From Octopus sinensis (taxonomy: Eukaryota): a stretch of 64,000 nucleotides of DNA. Position numbers and translations under genes: made by a program. This document shows positions 24,280-37,395 of this stretch, piece after piece (the stretch's first letter is position 1; every line of letters starts with the position of its first letter). Under the pieces are notes generated by a model. That model was not told the DNA's origin, made no database searches, and was given only the letters and a program-made list of their open reading frames with translations. Location: contig NC_042997.1 in assembly GCF_006345805.1 (NCBI RefSeq), positions 167,338,001-167,402,000 on the forward strand, in the 5' to 3' direction.

Positions 24280-25110
24280 TAATTGGCCAATGGGATCCGC
24301 AGTAACGGCTCCTTCTGTTCGTGCTTTCCTTTAATACATATGACTTCATTTATATTTTCCCGGTCCCTAAGCTCGATATTCAATAATGCCTGATCTTTTT
24401 TATGGTTTGCTAAAGCTTTTTCTAATAGAAGTTCTTGACTGATGCCCTCCTGTAATTTCAGAGTACAGAGCCTGTTTGGAAAGTCATGTTTCTAACTTCC
24501 TTTTCACATGCCTTGATGTTTTCAATAATGGTTCGGATTCCCACAGATTTTGTTCAAGCCAGTATTTCGTTATTTGTTACTTATCATATTTGACATTAAA
24601 GATTCACCGTAGTTTAGTTTGATGAAATCTTTCAAGCCAGTGTATCTGGCATTGATATACAATCCAAGTCTCACAGCTATACAGCAGTGCAGAGAGAACA
24701 ACCCACAGAAATATCGATATTTCGTTTCGAGATTCCGGTTATGGTTGTGATAGTTACGGTTTGAGTGGAGTGAGGTGCAAATGTGTTGTGGGCGGCTCTG
24801 CAGTCTGTAGGGGACTTTATCTTCGAGGGAGCAAGAGTTGAATAAGATACTGCCAAGACAGATGAAGGGTGAAACTTTTTCAGCTGGTTCTCTGTGACTA
24901 AAATTTTCGGTTTCAAGTGGATATTTTGCAAGTCTTCATTTTTGGTATACTTGTAGTGATGCGAAGCACGAAAAAATGCATTTGCAGATCAATTTTGATT
25001 AGAGATATTAACAGCCATGCCATCGGGGCATATTGCAGCTCACAGATCATTACCGTAGGTGTATGATTTCCCAATTTATGCCGTCGTAGATTGGAAAATC
25101 TTACCAAGCA
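24280..25110 (-). mobile_element. Degenerate RTE-clade LINE, RT C-terminal part
   Basis: The minus strand yields LGSILFNSCSLEDKVPYR, VVLSALLYSCETW and PKQALYSEITGG, which are RTE-type motifs; many stops and frameshifts. Confidence 0.75.
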
Positions 25111-25399
25111 TCCGTATTTAAACGTTAATACAGTTCATTTCTATCAGCACACTAGTCGGAGGCTTCGAAAACATGCCAGATGCGAGTGCACAGCTGTGCT
25201 AAATAACACTATCCATATTATCTTCAGGAGAAGGTTCACGTTGGTATGAAATTCGATCTTTCATGCTATTATGAAGTGACTGAAACATCTAATTGAAGTT
25301 GTCTAGCAGCAAGCATCATACCAGTCGTGCCTCGTTGAGGGTGGATTCAGGCAATATATGTTCAGAAAAAGATCTGATTCAATGTATTACTACTTGTGA

Positions 25400-25480
25400 T
25401 ACACTATTGCTGTGTGTGTGTGTGTGTGCGTGTGTGTTTGTGTGTGCGTGTGTATGTGTGTGTGTGTATGTGTGTGTGTG

Positions 25481-25513
<33 letters not shown>

Positions 25514-26037
25514 GTGTGTGTGTGTGTGTGTGTGTGTGTAAAGGCGAATGCTCATATGTCGGTATTTATCTATATTCAAAGCTGAAGACAACAGTTTCGC
25601 ACTAAGGTAGCTGAAATTTTTCATATGGGCACATTATTTTAAGTAGAATATCATAGCCTATAGGGCTTATTATTCTCATAAATTTTAAAGCCGTGTACTG
25701 CTGTTAGTATATATATGTGTGTGTGCGTGTGTGTGCGTGTGTGTGTGTGTGTGTGTTGTGTGTGTGCGACTGCGCGCTAACAGGAGTTCGATCGTTCATG
25801 AAGAATGCACTCCAATGTAAAATTTCAGTTACCTAGATGCAATGCCTACACACGCGCATGCACACACACACAAACACACATACATACATACATACATACA
25901 TAGATTCCTAATTCGTACATACAAATATATATATATATATACATATATATACATATACATATATATATATACATACATACATATACATATATATATATAT
26001 ATACATACATACATATATATATATAAACATACATATA

Positions 26038-26079
<42 letters not shown>

Positions 26080-26188
26080 ATATATACATACCTATATACA
26101 TATATATATACATGCATATATACATATATATATATATATATATAATATATATATATATACATACATACATACATATATATATATATAC

Positions 26189-26232
<44 letters not shown>

Positions 26233-26270
26233 GATAGATAGATAGATATATATATATACAGAAACACACA
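25400..26270. repeat. Compound (TG)n/(TA)n/(TACA)n microsatellite region
   Basis: Read directly. Confidence 0.9.
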
Positions 26271-27475
26271 CACGCGTGTGTTTATACGTAAAATAAATAG
26301 GTAGAATATATGCATAGCAATACAAAGAAAGCTAAAAGAAAATGACTGACATAAATACCAATGTATCCCACTTCTTCTGGAATGTAATGTATATCCCTGT
26401 ATATTGTGATATAATGATACGCATACAACCAGTTCCACGCCTACATAGATATACTCGTATACTCACACCATACAGTTACTCACACAATCGTAAAAGAAAA
26501 GAAAGAAATCCAGTGATACGCATATATACACATGCAAGCATACAAGCATTAAAGAAAGACTAAGTTTACGGTTTCGCATGTACCACATTCCAACGAATGC
26601 AAAGAAGTTATTTCAAGTGAGAGGTGTCAACCGTTTCAGTCAGTGAACATACAAAATATAGATATAAATAAACATATAACTGAAAAATACGAATAATTTT
26701 TGTTTTTGTCGTTGATGTTATTTTTGTCTTTTCTTTATAGAAAATATTTTCATCTAGATGTTTTTGCATTTTTTCAAAAAGATATATCAAAGTATAAAGG
26801 TTATGTCAACGTCTTGTGAGAATTTTGTTGGCAAGTTTTAGCGGACATTGTTTTTTCACAGAAAAGTGAGGACACTATCTTTATTAGTTAACCTTACATG
26901 TCTATTTTAAACCTTTGAGATTTTAAACGTTGTAATTTCCACATACTGATGGGGAAATAAACACTCAATTGAATTTCCAGTGAATTAGTGAATTGTTTCT
27001 CCTAGCTTACATCCAGATATATCCACATACATTTTAGTACCGTATATATCATTGCTTCGAGGCACTATTCGGCATATTTTACAAAATCTTGTCTCATATA
27101 AATATAATATGCCAACTGCCATATAACTGTATTTGAAACACAGCAACTTCGAGACGCTGTTTCTTCAAAGGTCAGTTGACAAATTAACTTAAATACTCAC
27201 TTCCTCTGTCATTTGGTTTAGAGAAAACCCAAGGTTTTTGCACACACATGTATATGCACGTATTCATATATAAATATGTATGTGCGTGTGTGTGCGTGCG
27301 TGTGCACGCGTATGTGTGTGTGCGTATGTATGTGTGCCTCTGTGCATATTTGTGTGCCTGTGTTCGTGTGTGTGTGCGTATGTGTGTGAAAGAATGCATA
27401 ACAGTGCAGAGAATTGCTGACGTTAGTATATTTTGTGAAGAATTAAAGACTCACTCTTACATATATATATATATG

Positions 27476-27516
<41 letters not shown>

Positions 27517-27518
27517 GT

Positions 27519-27585
<67 letters not shown>

Positions 27586-28922
27586 GTGTAAAAAGGTTGA
27601 ATGTAGATTCGTCCTTTAATTTGGAGGTTTCCCAAAAAAGGATTTCTCATGTTGCTACTTCATATTTTGTTGGTAGTTTACATGCGTAAATTTGCGAAGA
27701 TATGAAAGTAAAATAGTTGTTAATATTACAATTTAAATAGTATATGCTTTCTGTGACTATAAAAATGAAAGAAGTGAAGTTGAAATAGGGAATAAAGGTA
27801 GGAATACGGAGAAAATAAATATATCAATTTAGGGGGAGCTAAGAATGAAAATATTAAATAAATTTAAAAGGTTTATTTTATTTATGTGTTGATGTGTAAG
27901 GTTATACAGTACCTGTGTTTTAGTATAAATAAAAATTTATTAAGAGGTAAAAAAAAATCTAGCTTATTAGTAAGTGAGAGTGATATGCAATGGTAGTAGA
28001 GTAGTAGTGATATTCAAGTAATGGGATTATATTGTCAGGTATGTATATACGAAAAGATACGAGTAGTAGGGTGCACATAAGTGTACAAAAAATTATACAT
28101 AATGTCGGAGAAAAATAATCTTATAAGGAGAAAAGTGTTTGTATATTTACTCATATGTGAGTAGAGGTATATTTGCACATTAGTATATATAGAAATTGGA
28201 ATTCTAGTGGTTGTATGATTAGGGTATACACAAAAAAAGGAAACACCGGGCAAAAATATATACATACCAGTGCAAAGAGAGAATAGGCACACACATATAG
28301 ATATAAATACACACATAATAAGTAGTATATATATATGTATGCGAAATATACGTGTGTATATACGCAGATACACACGTTCATATTAAAAATACATCTTAGT
28401 ACCAACATATAGTAAACAAACACACATCAATAGATATACACAAACAGATGACATATAAGATCCATACCTAGATATGCACACATGGTTGTAGACATGTAGG
28501 ATACCAAGAAGTACTATATGTGCATACACGTGTACATATATCAGCAGTAAAATATATGTAATTATAAAGTATAGTGACAAGTAATAAAACCAGTAATAGT
28601 TAGACTGGGTATGTTGGAGGGATACATGGACACACTATACAAATAAAATAAAATCCAAGAAATTATAGGTATATTACATACAAAGGAAAGATATAATTTC
28701 CTTTATCCAAACATATAGAGAGAAAAAGAGGTGTAGGGAGAGATAAAGTGATAGCCCTATATATGGTTGGTCATGCAATTGTTAGAAAGAAATGTTAAAT
28801 AAAAATGTACAAAGATAGTGTAATGTAAAGGGGATGTGATGAGTAATTGCATACCATAGAAAAGGGTGATATATAGATACATTTTTAAAACTAACTAATC
28901 TAAGCAAAAGGAGAATGAGGAG

Positions 28923-30100
28923 TTATTTAAGATCGATTAATAGGAATTTGGTCATGTGCTTACATGAGTAAACTTTTTCATCCCTAGTATTAAGCAAATT
29001 TCTATTCATTCTCATTATGTTATAGCTTTCCTCCAAACACAACCTACAAATTTTATTATTATTTCTGTAAGATAGGATTTTCCAAGAGATGGAGAAATCA
29101 ATATTGTTTCTTTTGAGGTGCCAATTTTTTTTAGATAGACCTGTACTATTCTCTTTTTGAGGGTGGTCCCTAAAAGAAGATCATGTGATTATAAATTCTC
29201 GATTTAACTGAATTTTTCGTGCAACCCACGTATATGTATCTAGAAGAGTCCTGAATAATAATAGTTGCTTGGTATACAACTTTTATTTTACAATTTCTCA
29301 GACATTTGAGTCTCTACAATTACAATTTGAATTAGTGGGTGGTACTCTGGTATTATGTCTATATTTTGGTGGGGATAATGGAGTTATGGTTATTATCAGT
29401 ATTGTAGTTGTTAATTATAGGTTTATTGGTGGTACTAGGTACAGTTATCATAGTTTTTTTTTATTATCATAGAATAGATCCAGTTTCTTGTTGTTAAAAG
29501 AAAAATTTATCCTAAAGAGATTTGGAGAAACTGAAAATCCAGATCTAATTTTTTTATCATTAAATATTTTAGCTTATTTAGAAAATTTGAAGTTTTTATT
29601 AATTATCATTCTAATGGATCTAATAAAGTTTGACTTTTAGATGTTTGCCAAAAGGGATTATGATTCAAGTAGTATTATTGCTGTGTGCTTTATTGGAATA
29701 TTGGGTGGTGTTTGGGGGGTGGTCAGCTATTTTCACACAAGGTATTGGTTTCTTTTTTGCTATTCTATTCTTATCTTAATTAGAGTTCTATGGTTACGGA
29801 TATTATTGAAGGAATTTGGTGAGTTTAGATTATTCTCATTTTTCCTGTTTATTGGCTTAATGTTCCTATTTTTTATCTATAATTATACAGTTGTGGTGTT
29901 TGTTGTCAGTATTCTTAGGTTTATTAATTTTAGTGTGGTTAGTAAGGTGGGAATTACTAAAATATATTTTATTTTTCTGTTAGTAAAGTTACGGTTTTGG
30001 CGCTCGTATTGATTCAGTTTATTAGTATGTTTATTGTAGTCGTGGTTTTCATGTTTTTTTGCAAATGTTATGTTGATGACTATTATTGAGAGTTTTTGTT
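28923..30100 (-). mobile_element. Degenerate Penelope-like element, RT-to-GIY-YIG C-terminus
   Basis: The minus strand yields KIFNDKKIRSGFSVSPNL, CNCR, VVYQAT...YVGCTKNSVKSRIYNH, FSISWKIL...CRLCLEE...LLNTRDEKVYSCKHMTKFLL*. The skewed AT-rich 27700-28920 may be its 3' region. Confidence 0.82.
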
Positions 30101-30377
30101 ATACGTTTATTGGGGTGTACTAATTCATCAGGTGACTTAGGTTCACTAATATTATTTACGTTATTCGTTTCAAGATAATTTAAATTGCAATATTAGCAAC
30201 TATTTTTTCTGTTTTTACTTATTTTTTTCTGCCTTATATTTAATACATACTAACGAATATTAGTTTTTACGCAAACATAAGTTCCTCTTTTACATCATAT
30301 TCTCTCTTTAACTCTTTTTCCTTCACTAATACTTGTTCACGTTAACTATCTAGTATTAGCTCTTTGTATACTATCTC

Positions 30378-30510
30378 CTTACCAACCACATGGTTCCCGG
30401 TTCAGTCCAACTGCGTGGCATCTTGGACAAGTGTCTTCTACTATAGCTTCGGGCCGACCAAAGCCTTGTGACTGGATTTGGTAGACGGAAACTGAAAGAA
30501 GCCCGTCGTA

Positions 30511-30598
<88 letters not shown>

Positions 30599-30815
30599 TT
30601 GTGTGTCTGCGTTTGTATCCCCCCCAACATCGCTTGACAACCGATGCTGGTGTGTTTACGTCCCCGTCACTTAGCGGTTCGGCAAAAGAGACCGATAAAA
30701 TAAGTACTAGGCTTACAAAGAATAAGTCCTGGGGTCGATTTCTTCGACTAAAGGCGGTGTTCCAGCATGGCCGCAGTCAAATGACTGAAACAAGTAAAAG
30801 AGTAAAAAGAGAGAG
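30378..30815 (+). mobile_element. SINE family B, 5'-truncated
   Basis: Starts at CTTACCAACCACATGG; contains the long internal (TA)n(TG)n and the full tail. Confidence 0.9.
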
Positions 30816-31002
30816 TATCATACTACGTAATGTTTTCAACTCTCAGTTCGTATCTTAATTCAAACATAGCAGTGCCTTTCCATTGGACATTCCTAATACA
30901 TTTTTTTGTCCTACGCTACTTATTTGGAGTTAAAATTTCTAATCTCCTTACTCATCTATAGAAGTCTCTGATACCTCTTTACTTATTGGTAAACACACTT
31001 AC

Positions 31003-31143
31003 ACGCACCGCTCTGTGATGATGACGTAGAACATCTATTCTTAGGCTCTGGTCGTTCTGGGCTCCGAGGAAACTCCTTTCGCTTCTCATCGCCTCCTGGT
31101 AACAAGGTGGTGGTGGTGATAGTCGCTCTGAAGGCAAGGTAAC
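31003..31143 (-). CDS. Candidate 141-nt phase 0-0 exon with a PPxY-like motif, unidentified host gene
   Basis: Acceptor ATATTTCTCCTAG|GTT and donor CGT|GTAAGT. The open frame VTLPSERLSPPPPCYQEAMRSERSFLGAQNDQSLRIDVLRHHHRAVR sits in a GC-richer island of unique AT-rich DNA. A plus-strand 94-nt exon (31045-31138) is also possible. Confidence 0.4.
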
Positions 31144-31409
31144 CTAGGAGAAATATTTTTTGAAAACTATATTATTTGTTCTACATTTGTCGCCTCTTCT
31201 ACCTCGAGAGTTGTTGGCAGTTATTTTAAATTTTACTTCAAGAAGTAAGCAATCATAACTATGGAACGAAAGCAAAGGCGTAATTTATCTATAATTTATT
31301 TATATTATTCTACTACTGTATGACTGAGATAGTAAAGATTTAATAAATGCTGCATCACTGCATTATTATTTTCATATCAGAGAAAAGTGTCTATGGCTGA
31401 ACTTGAACT

Positions 31410-31540
31410 TGTAGTTCCACAAGGTCAACTTCGTCTTTCACCCTTTTGCAGTTGATAAAACAAGTATCACTTGAGCACTGGTGTCGAAGCAATCGACTTA
31501 CCCCTCCTCTAACATTGCTGGCCTTTTGCCAACATTTAAT
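31410..31540 (+). mobile_element. Degenerate family C SINE fragment (tail C2)
   Basis: GGTCAACTTCGTCTTTCACCCTTTTGCAGTTGATAAAACAAGTA...GCTGGCCTTTTGCC. Confidence 0.6.
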
Positions 31541-31803
31541 ATTGGTAAGTATGTTGCATCTATAACAGATTATCTCTTCGATTTCGTTCCATAGATTATC
31601 ACTATTGTATTATGAAAAATATACTCTAACAGGGTCCATGAAATATCCTTGTTTTATAAACGTTCATATTATGTATTTTGATTATTAACTTTATGGACCA
31701 TCATAACATTGTTTCATTATTGTAAAATCTTGAATGTCTTCATTTTCCTTTCACGGCTAGAAGCGTTTAAAGCGTGGAACTCTCATTCCTTTTTAAATTA
31801 CCT

Positions 31804-32202
31804 ATTTCTTTATTACCCACAAGGGGCTAAACACAGAGAGAACAAACAAGGACAGACAAACGGATTAAGTCGATTATATCGACCCCAGTGCGTAACTGGT
31901 ACTTATTTAATCGACCCCGAAAGGATGAAAGGCAAAGTCAACCTCGGCGGAATTTGAACTCAGAACGTAGCGGCAGACGAAGTACCTATTTCTTTATTAC
32001 CCACAAGGGGCTAAACATAGAAGGGACAAACAAAGACAGACATAGGTATTAAGTCGATTATATCGTCCCCAGTGCGTAACTGGTACTTAATTTATAGACC
32101 CCGAAAGGATGAAAGGCAAAGTCGACCTCGGCAGAATTTGAACTCACAACATAACGACAGACGAAATACGACGTGCTAACGTTTCTGCCAGCTCACCGTC
32201 TT
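31804..32202 (-). mobile_element. SINE family C dimer with probable TSD
   Basis: Two units with the same junction type as 6526. Flanks TTTAAATTACCT (31792-31803) and TCTAAATTACCT (32203-32214) match at 11 of 12. Confidence 0.88.
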
Positions 32203-32559
32203 TCTAAATTACCTTTAATTTCTTTATGAGATTAAGGCAAAAGATTCCTAGCTTTCATTCTGACTGAGCCTGTTTCATTCTCAGCACAGCCAAAGCGAAA
32301 CATTTTATGGCGATATCAGCTGTAATGAGTAACGTATTTATTATCCATTCAAATAACTATTTCGTTGATTTTGGTTTAAAGTAAAAGGTTCCACCTGACT
32401 AACCATAATTTTGAAGTAATGTATAATGATTTTCAGATTAGTTAAACAAAACATGGTTTGAGAAAACTGGTGCCCACATCCCTCTTAATTTGCTTTTCTA
32501 CCCCGTTCCCAAAAGTGTTCACATTTTAATTGTAGATGATAACAACAGTCATGGTATCT

Positions 32560-33170
32560 TCTGGATTTTTAGACAAGGCTACATTCAAGCCCTCTAATGT
32601 TTACCAGTTGTAACACTCACGCTTTTCTTCACCTCCGGAATCGAAATGATATCGCTATCAAAGTGGCTGATAAAAGCTGTACAATGATTATTTGGGGAAA
32701 CAGATCTCTGCCACGGTTCTCCGGCAGCTAAAGAACACAATATTTCACAGCTTTCATTTTCTATTCTCTAACCAACAAACTGCTCCTATTTTTCCTCCGA
32801 AACTTGCGCAGCCACTTGGTCAGAAGATTCATGACCTCCAGCAACATATATCCTAACACTTTCAAAGACACCCACTCAAAATTTCACCTCATTTTTAAAA
32901 AACTTTTAACAATACACTAATAACTGGTCTCCAGACTCATTTCTAAGCCACTGATTAACTTAGTTACACATCTACCAGGCTTATGTACTGTATGAACTGC
33001 AATTTCTGCAACCCCTTATTTGTAATGAAACTGGATGACACTTAAGTAACGACAGCACTCTCCGAATCCGTAACTCGACATTTCCCTTCCCCATGTCACT
33101 CCTTTCAATACCTCAAAGTACCTTTGTTGAGTCACTTTACGTTACGGCTCGAACTTTACCAGCAAACATA
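32560..33170 (+). mobile_element. Degenerate Penelope-like RT fragment
   Basis: LRNRNDIAIKVADKSCTMII from 32633 resembles the PLE I.IKPADKG motif. Downstream LPKL and HFT...YQQ-like remnants are present; heavily decayed. Confidence 0.55.
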
Positions 33171-34149
33171 AAGAATAACACACACTTTAAAAAAAACTAT
33201 GCAGCTCCTCAATTGCAGATATTAATGATAATGAATGTCTCACAAACTCCAAGTTAACCGTTCTTTCGGTAATAATCTCTGATATGGTTGTTAATTTTTC
33301 ACGTATTCTTTAGTAATGCCTTCAGAAACCCGATTTCTTTCACTGTAACTTATATGCTTAGCGAGTAAGTCTGATTATCTGATCCAGTATCGACTTGTAT
33401 AAAACTTTAACAAAGAGTAAACTGTTATTTCAGAAGTACTTTTAGACTTTTAGTCGACCGTCGACCTGTAGCTTTGTTGGTTGTGGGTACTCTACACTAA
33501 ATATCATCAGTATCAGCATCAGCATCGAGCCTAAAGACAACATTAGCAAAAAAACTGCAAGAAGAAGAAGAAGAAGAATTACAAGGAAAGAAAGAGAAGA
33601 TAAAGAAAGTTTTCATGTTGAATATTAACATTGAATTTCTGTGAAGTGGCGTCAACTAACAAAATCAGACTGAAAGACTGCTTTTTAAACCGTCGTGATA
33701 TTTGAGGTAAGAACTATAAAATAAACAATTTAGGTGTTATATAAACAGGGAAATGTAAAGATCTTAGAGTTTATCCCTTGTTTAGTTTTAGCCCTTTGAC
33801 TTCTCGTATGTCTGACCGGAATATTTCTCCAGACTGTTTTTTGTTGTTTTTTATTTCTTTTCGAGCCCGAATTTTAAGGAATAATTCCAACGCTTTTGTT
33901 ATCATATATACACTGTACTTTGCTTGAGATTTTTCTTCTTTGAATTTTCATTGGAGGGAGGAGGTCAATAAAGTTGTTAATGAATTTTAAATATTTAGAA
34001 GACAGAGATGTTATTTTACTAGTTTAGCGTCAACAAAGAAAATACAAATTGGTCGAGTCATTAGAGCGCTGAATAGAATGTCTTATGGTATTTGCGCCAG
34101 CTCTGAGTTCAAATCCCACCAAGATCCATTAGGGATATATACATATATA

Positions 34150-34514
34150 TATATATATTATATAAAATCCGTTCTGTGTGTGTGTTGTGTGTGTCTTCTA
34201 GGATCTAGGGCATCCTCCATCCGATTGCGCTTAAATTTGATATGTAGATACCGATGGTATCAGGAGGTGTTTATGTCTTGAAAAAAATTACAAAAATCGA
34301 TTCCAGGTGAGAAGGCGATCGATAAAGCTGTTTTTCTTTGGAATAGAAAAAAGTCTATCTTTATTTCTTCTTTTGCTGGTATCTCAAATTGAGGTTAAAT
34401 CAGTGTTTCTCAAAGGGGAGGCCTATGGGACGGTCGGAGAAGTTGTTTTGAGAAAATTTGGTTATAATGTTTGACAACTCAGCACCGTCCATTGGACGGG
34501 GAGCGTTTTACTCG

Positions 34515-34515
<1 letters not shown>
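34150..34515 (+). mobile_element. Possible non-autonomous Helitron-like element
   Basis: TATATAAAATCCGTTCTG(TG)n 5' end, a GC hairpin CCGTCC-ATT-GGACGG (34485-34499) 11 nt before a CTCGT end (CTAG-like), in AT flanks with no TSD. Confidence 0.5.
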
Positions 34516-34574
<59 letters not shown>

Positions 34575-34732
34575 GTGACAATTATTCGGTAGCCATGATA
34601 AAACTCCGAGTTTCGGATGCTGATGGCTACCGGATAATTGTCATATATTACATTTATAGATAAATTCCTCTATTTACATAATATTGAGGTTTCTTTCATT
34701 CTTTTGTTGTCTTACCGTTTCTATCAATATAT

Positions 34733-34779
<47 letters not shown>

Positions 34780-35852
34780 ATATCCAACACAAACACAATG
34801 TCAGCCATTTTGTGAAAGAATACAACTGTTTGCATCTTGTACTTGACAGCTGCTTACTTTATCGGTCTCCGGAAAGGAAAGACGATTGACAATGTCAGCT
34901 TCACTGGTATTTGAACTGCAAACGTACGAATAGACCTAACAGACTGCTGCAAGCATTTATCATCGCTTTTCTGCTGTTTAGTGATTTCTAAGTCTTCCAA
35001 CCAGTTGACTGCACATAACCCTGGACTATTTCTTTGGGGACTAATTTTCCCTTTACCCATGCTCTACAGAATCGTATAAAGCATTTTATCTATGTAATAA
35101 AGTACAAAGTAAAGTAAGAGGGTGCTATCTTGTTTTATAGGTTAACCAGATGAGGCAAAACAGCGTTTATGAATTTAACAATCTACATCCTGCGACTAGT
35201 TGGAGAAACAAAGCCATACTTCTTGTGTTGCTGCAGCATGAGCCAGCATATCTAGATACTGAGATATCACTCTGCTCCAAGTTCTTTATTTTATAAAATT
35301 GGCCATGAAGGCCTTACAGAGAAGCAATGCGGGATGGACATATACATTAATGAGATGAAAATGACAAATATGAATGATGTAAATGGGAAGGGTATTCGGC
35401 GCCCGCAGACCGAATACCCTTCGAAATCACAGGTTCTTTTATTACATAAAAATCAAAAGGTCAGTCAAACATCAAAAATACACTATCGCTCTGTTCTGAG
35501 TTCTTGTAACACAATGGTCACCGCTAAATATTTCCGGCGATAGCATCAAGGTTTATGTGACAGTATTAGACCAGATGACGAATTAAATCACTCAACCAGA
35601 TTGTCGGTTGGGTAATACTGAAAATTCAACAAATGTAAACGTCTTCAGTAGAAGGATTTGTATCTTGTAACAAATACTGCACCGGATGTTCATAAACAAA
35701 GCATTTTGCCTCAGGACGGCAGAGTGGACCAATCTCTTCGTTGACGAAAACTATAAGTACTTAATACTTAGATATATAGACGAACAACTGCAACAGTAAC
35801 CAGTATTTTTCCTCTTTATCGTCTCTCATTCTCACACTCCCCTCTCTCTCCC

Positions 35853-35890
<38 letters not shown>

Positions 35891-36006
35891 CCATTCTCGT
35901 TCTCCCTCCGGTTCAGTCCTCTGCAAATACTTCTGTTTCCAATGCATGAGCTCTCCTCAATTTTATTTAATTTTATCTAATTACGATTCAATATATATAT
36001 ATATAT

Positions 36007-36035
<29 letters not shown>

Positions 36036-36038
<3 letters not shown>

Positions 36039-36339
36039 ATATGAAAGAATGGAGCTGAACGACGACGAATTAACAAAATTCCTTTACTTTCGACATATGT
36101 TTCGAAGGCTGCATATTCCTAATTGCGAAGGAATAAGGAGTACATTATGCCGCTTTCTCATCAGGAAAAGCAAGGAACTTATGTCAACATCAAAATGCAC
36201 AAAAAACTTTTAGATGATTGAGAAAGCGGCATAATGTACTCCTTATTCCTTCGCAATTAGGAATATGCAGTCTTCGAAACATATGTCGAAAATAAAGGAA
36301 TTTTGTTAATTCGTCGTTCAGCTCCATTCTTTCATATAT
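36036..36339. repeat. Fold-back inverted repeat with arms of about 122 bp (Penelope pseudo-LTR-like)
   Basis: 36036-36160 is the reverse complement of 36219-36339 apart from 2 substitutions and one 3-bp indel. The spacer is about 58 bp and both ends run into TA-rich sequence. Confidence 0.93.
36087..36169 (-). ncRNA. Minimal type I hammerhead ribozyme motif
   Basis: Minus strand: UUUUC (stem I), CUGAUGA (36164-36158), stem II GAAAGCGGCAUA/UAUGCAGCCUUC, GAAAC (36103-36099), AUAU loop, GUC (36094-36092), GAAAG (stem I'). All core nucleotides are present; activity is untested. Confidence 0.75.
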
Positions 36340-36493
36340 TTATATTTTTAAAATAAACATACAAATTTCCACACGAAAGCACGTAATCTATGCCCTAGGC
36401 ACGTAACTTCAACCGTGTTTATTCTGATGTGAATTTGCTACCCAGATATCGGTTAATTCGAATTATCTTTAATAAGATATTCATTCAACTACT

Positions 36494-36549
<56 letters not shown>

Positions 36550-36589
36550 ATATTATATACAAGTGAGAAGAAACAGGAAATGGTGATTG

Positions 36590-36935
36590 GAAAGTTAATA
36601 ATTGTTTATTAGTAACAGCAAATTATTCATCATCCCTTACAGTTGATTCAATTAATACTCAGTAAATATTAAGTAAATATTAAATTTATATGACCTGAGC
36701 ATAATACCTTCCGAGGGAAAAAATATTCACTTGGACGTTTGTATATGTGTTCATGGATTCAGTACTGCAGACTGAATGATCATATAAAACATATAAAACA
36801 CCCAAGGTTATATTTTTCCCCGCTGAAGATATTATACCCGGATCATATAAATTTAATATTTACTGAGTATTCATGGAAACAGCTGTAAGGGATGATGAGT
36901 AATTTGCTGTTAATAATAAAGAATTATTAACTTCC
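36590..36935. mobile_element. Palindromic MITE-like element with long imperfect terminal inverted repeats, unclassified
   Basis: AACAGCAAATTATTCATCATCCCTTACAG...ATACTCAGTAAATATT...AAATTTATATGA is mirrored by TCATATAAATTTAATATTTACTGAGTAT...CTGTAAGGGATGATGAGTAATTTGCTGTT. No TSD resolved. Confidence 0.7.
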
Positions 36936-37099
36936 GAGTCTTCATTTTCTTTTTCTTCCTTTATATGAATATGAACTATATGTTTTTATATATACACCTA
37001 TTATTTTAAGGAGATTAATTCCTCCAAAATACTAGGTATTGAATCAGTGTTTCCTTGGATGAAACCATCCCTTCATGAGGTTAACACAACCTCTATCCG

Positions 37100-37181
37100 A
37101 AGTGTGTATATAAATATATATATATATATGTATATATGCGTGTATGTATTATGTATGCATGTATGTATGTATGTATGTATG

Positions 37182-37212
<31 letters not shown>

Positions 37213-37226
37213 GGAAACATCGATAA

Positions 37227-37257
<31 letters not shown>

Positions 37258-37344
37258 TAGATAGATAGATAATAGATAGATATAGATAGATGCACATATA
37301 CTTGTATACATGCGGGTGTGTGTGTGTGCGTGTGTGTGTGTGTG

Positions 37345-37390
<46 letters not shown>

Positions 37391-37395
37391 GTAGA
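37100..37395. repeat. (TATG)n/(GATA)n/(TG)n microsatellite block
   Basis: Read directly. Confidence 0.9.

Noticed and set aside
29641-30012. Hydrophobic 123-aa plus-strand ORF resembling a membrane or mitochondrial protein (NUMT)
   Set aside because: It is the T/G-rich antisense of the Penelope-like coding region on the minus strand; no mitochondrial gene motif was recognised.
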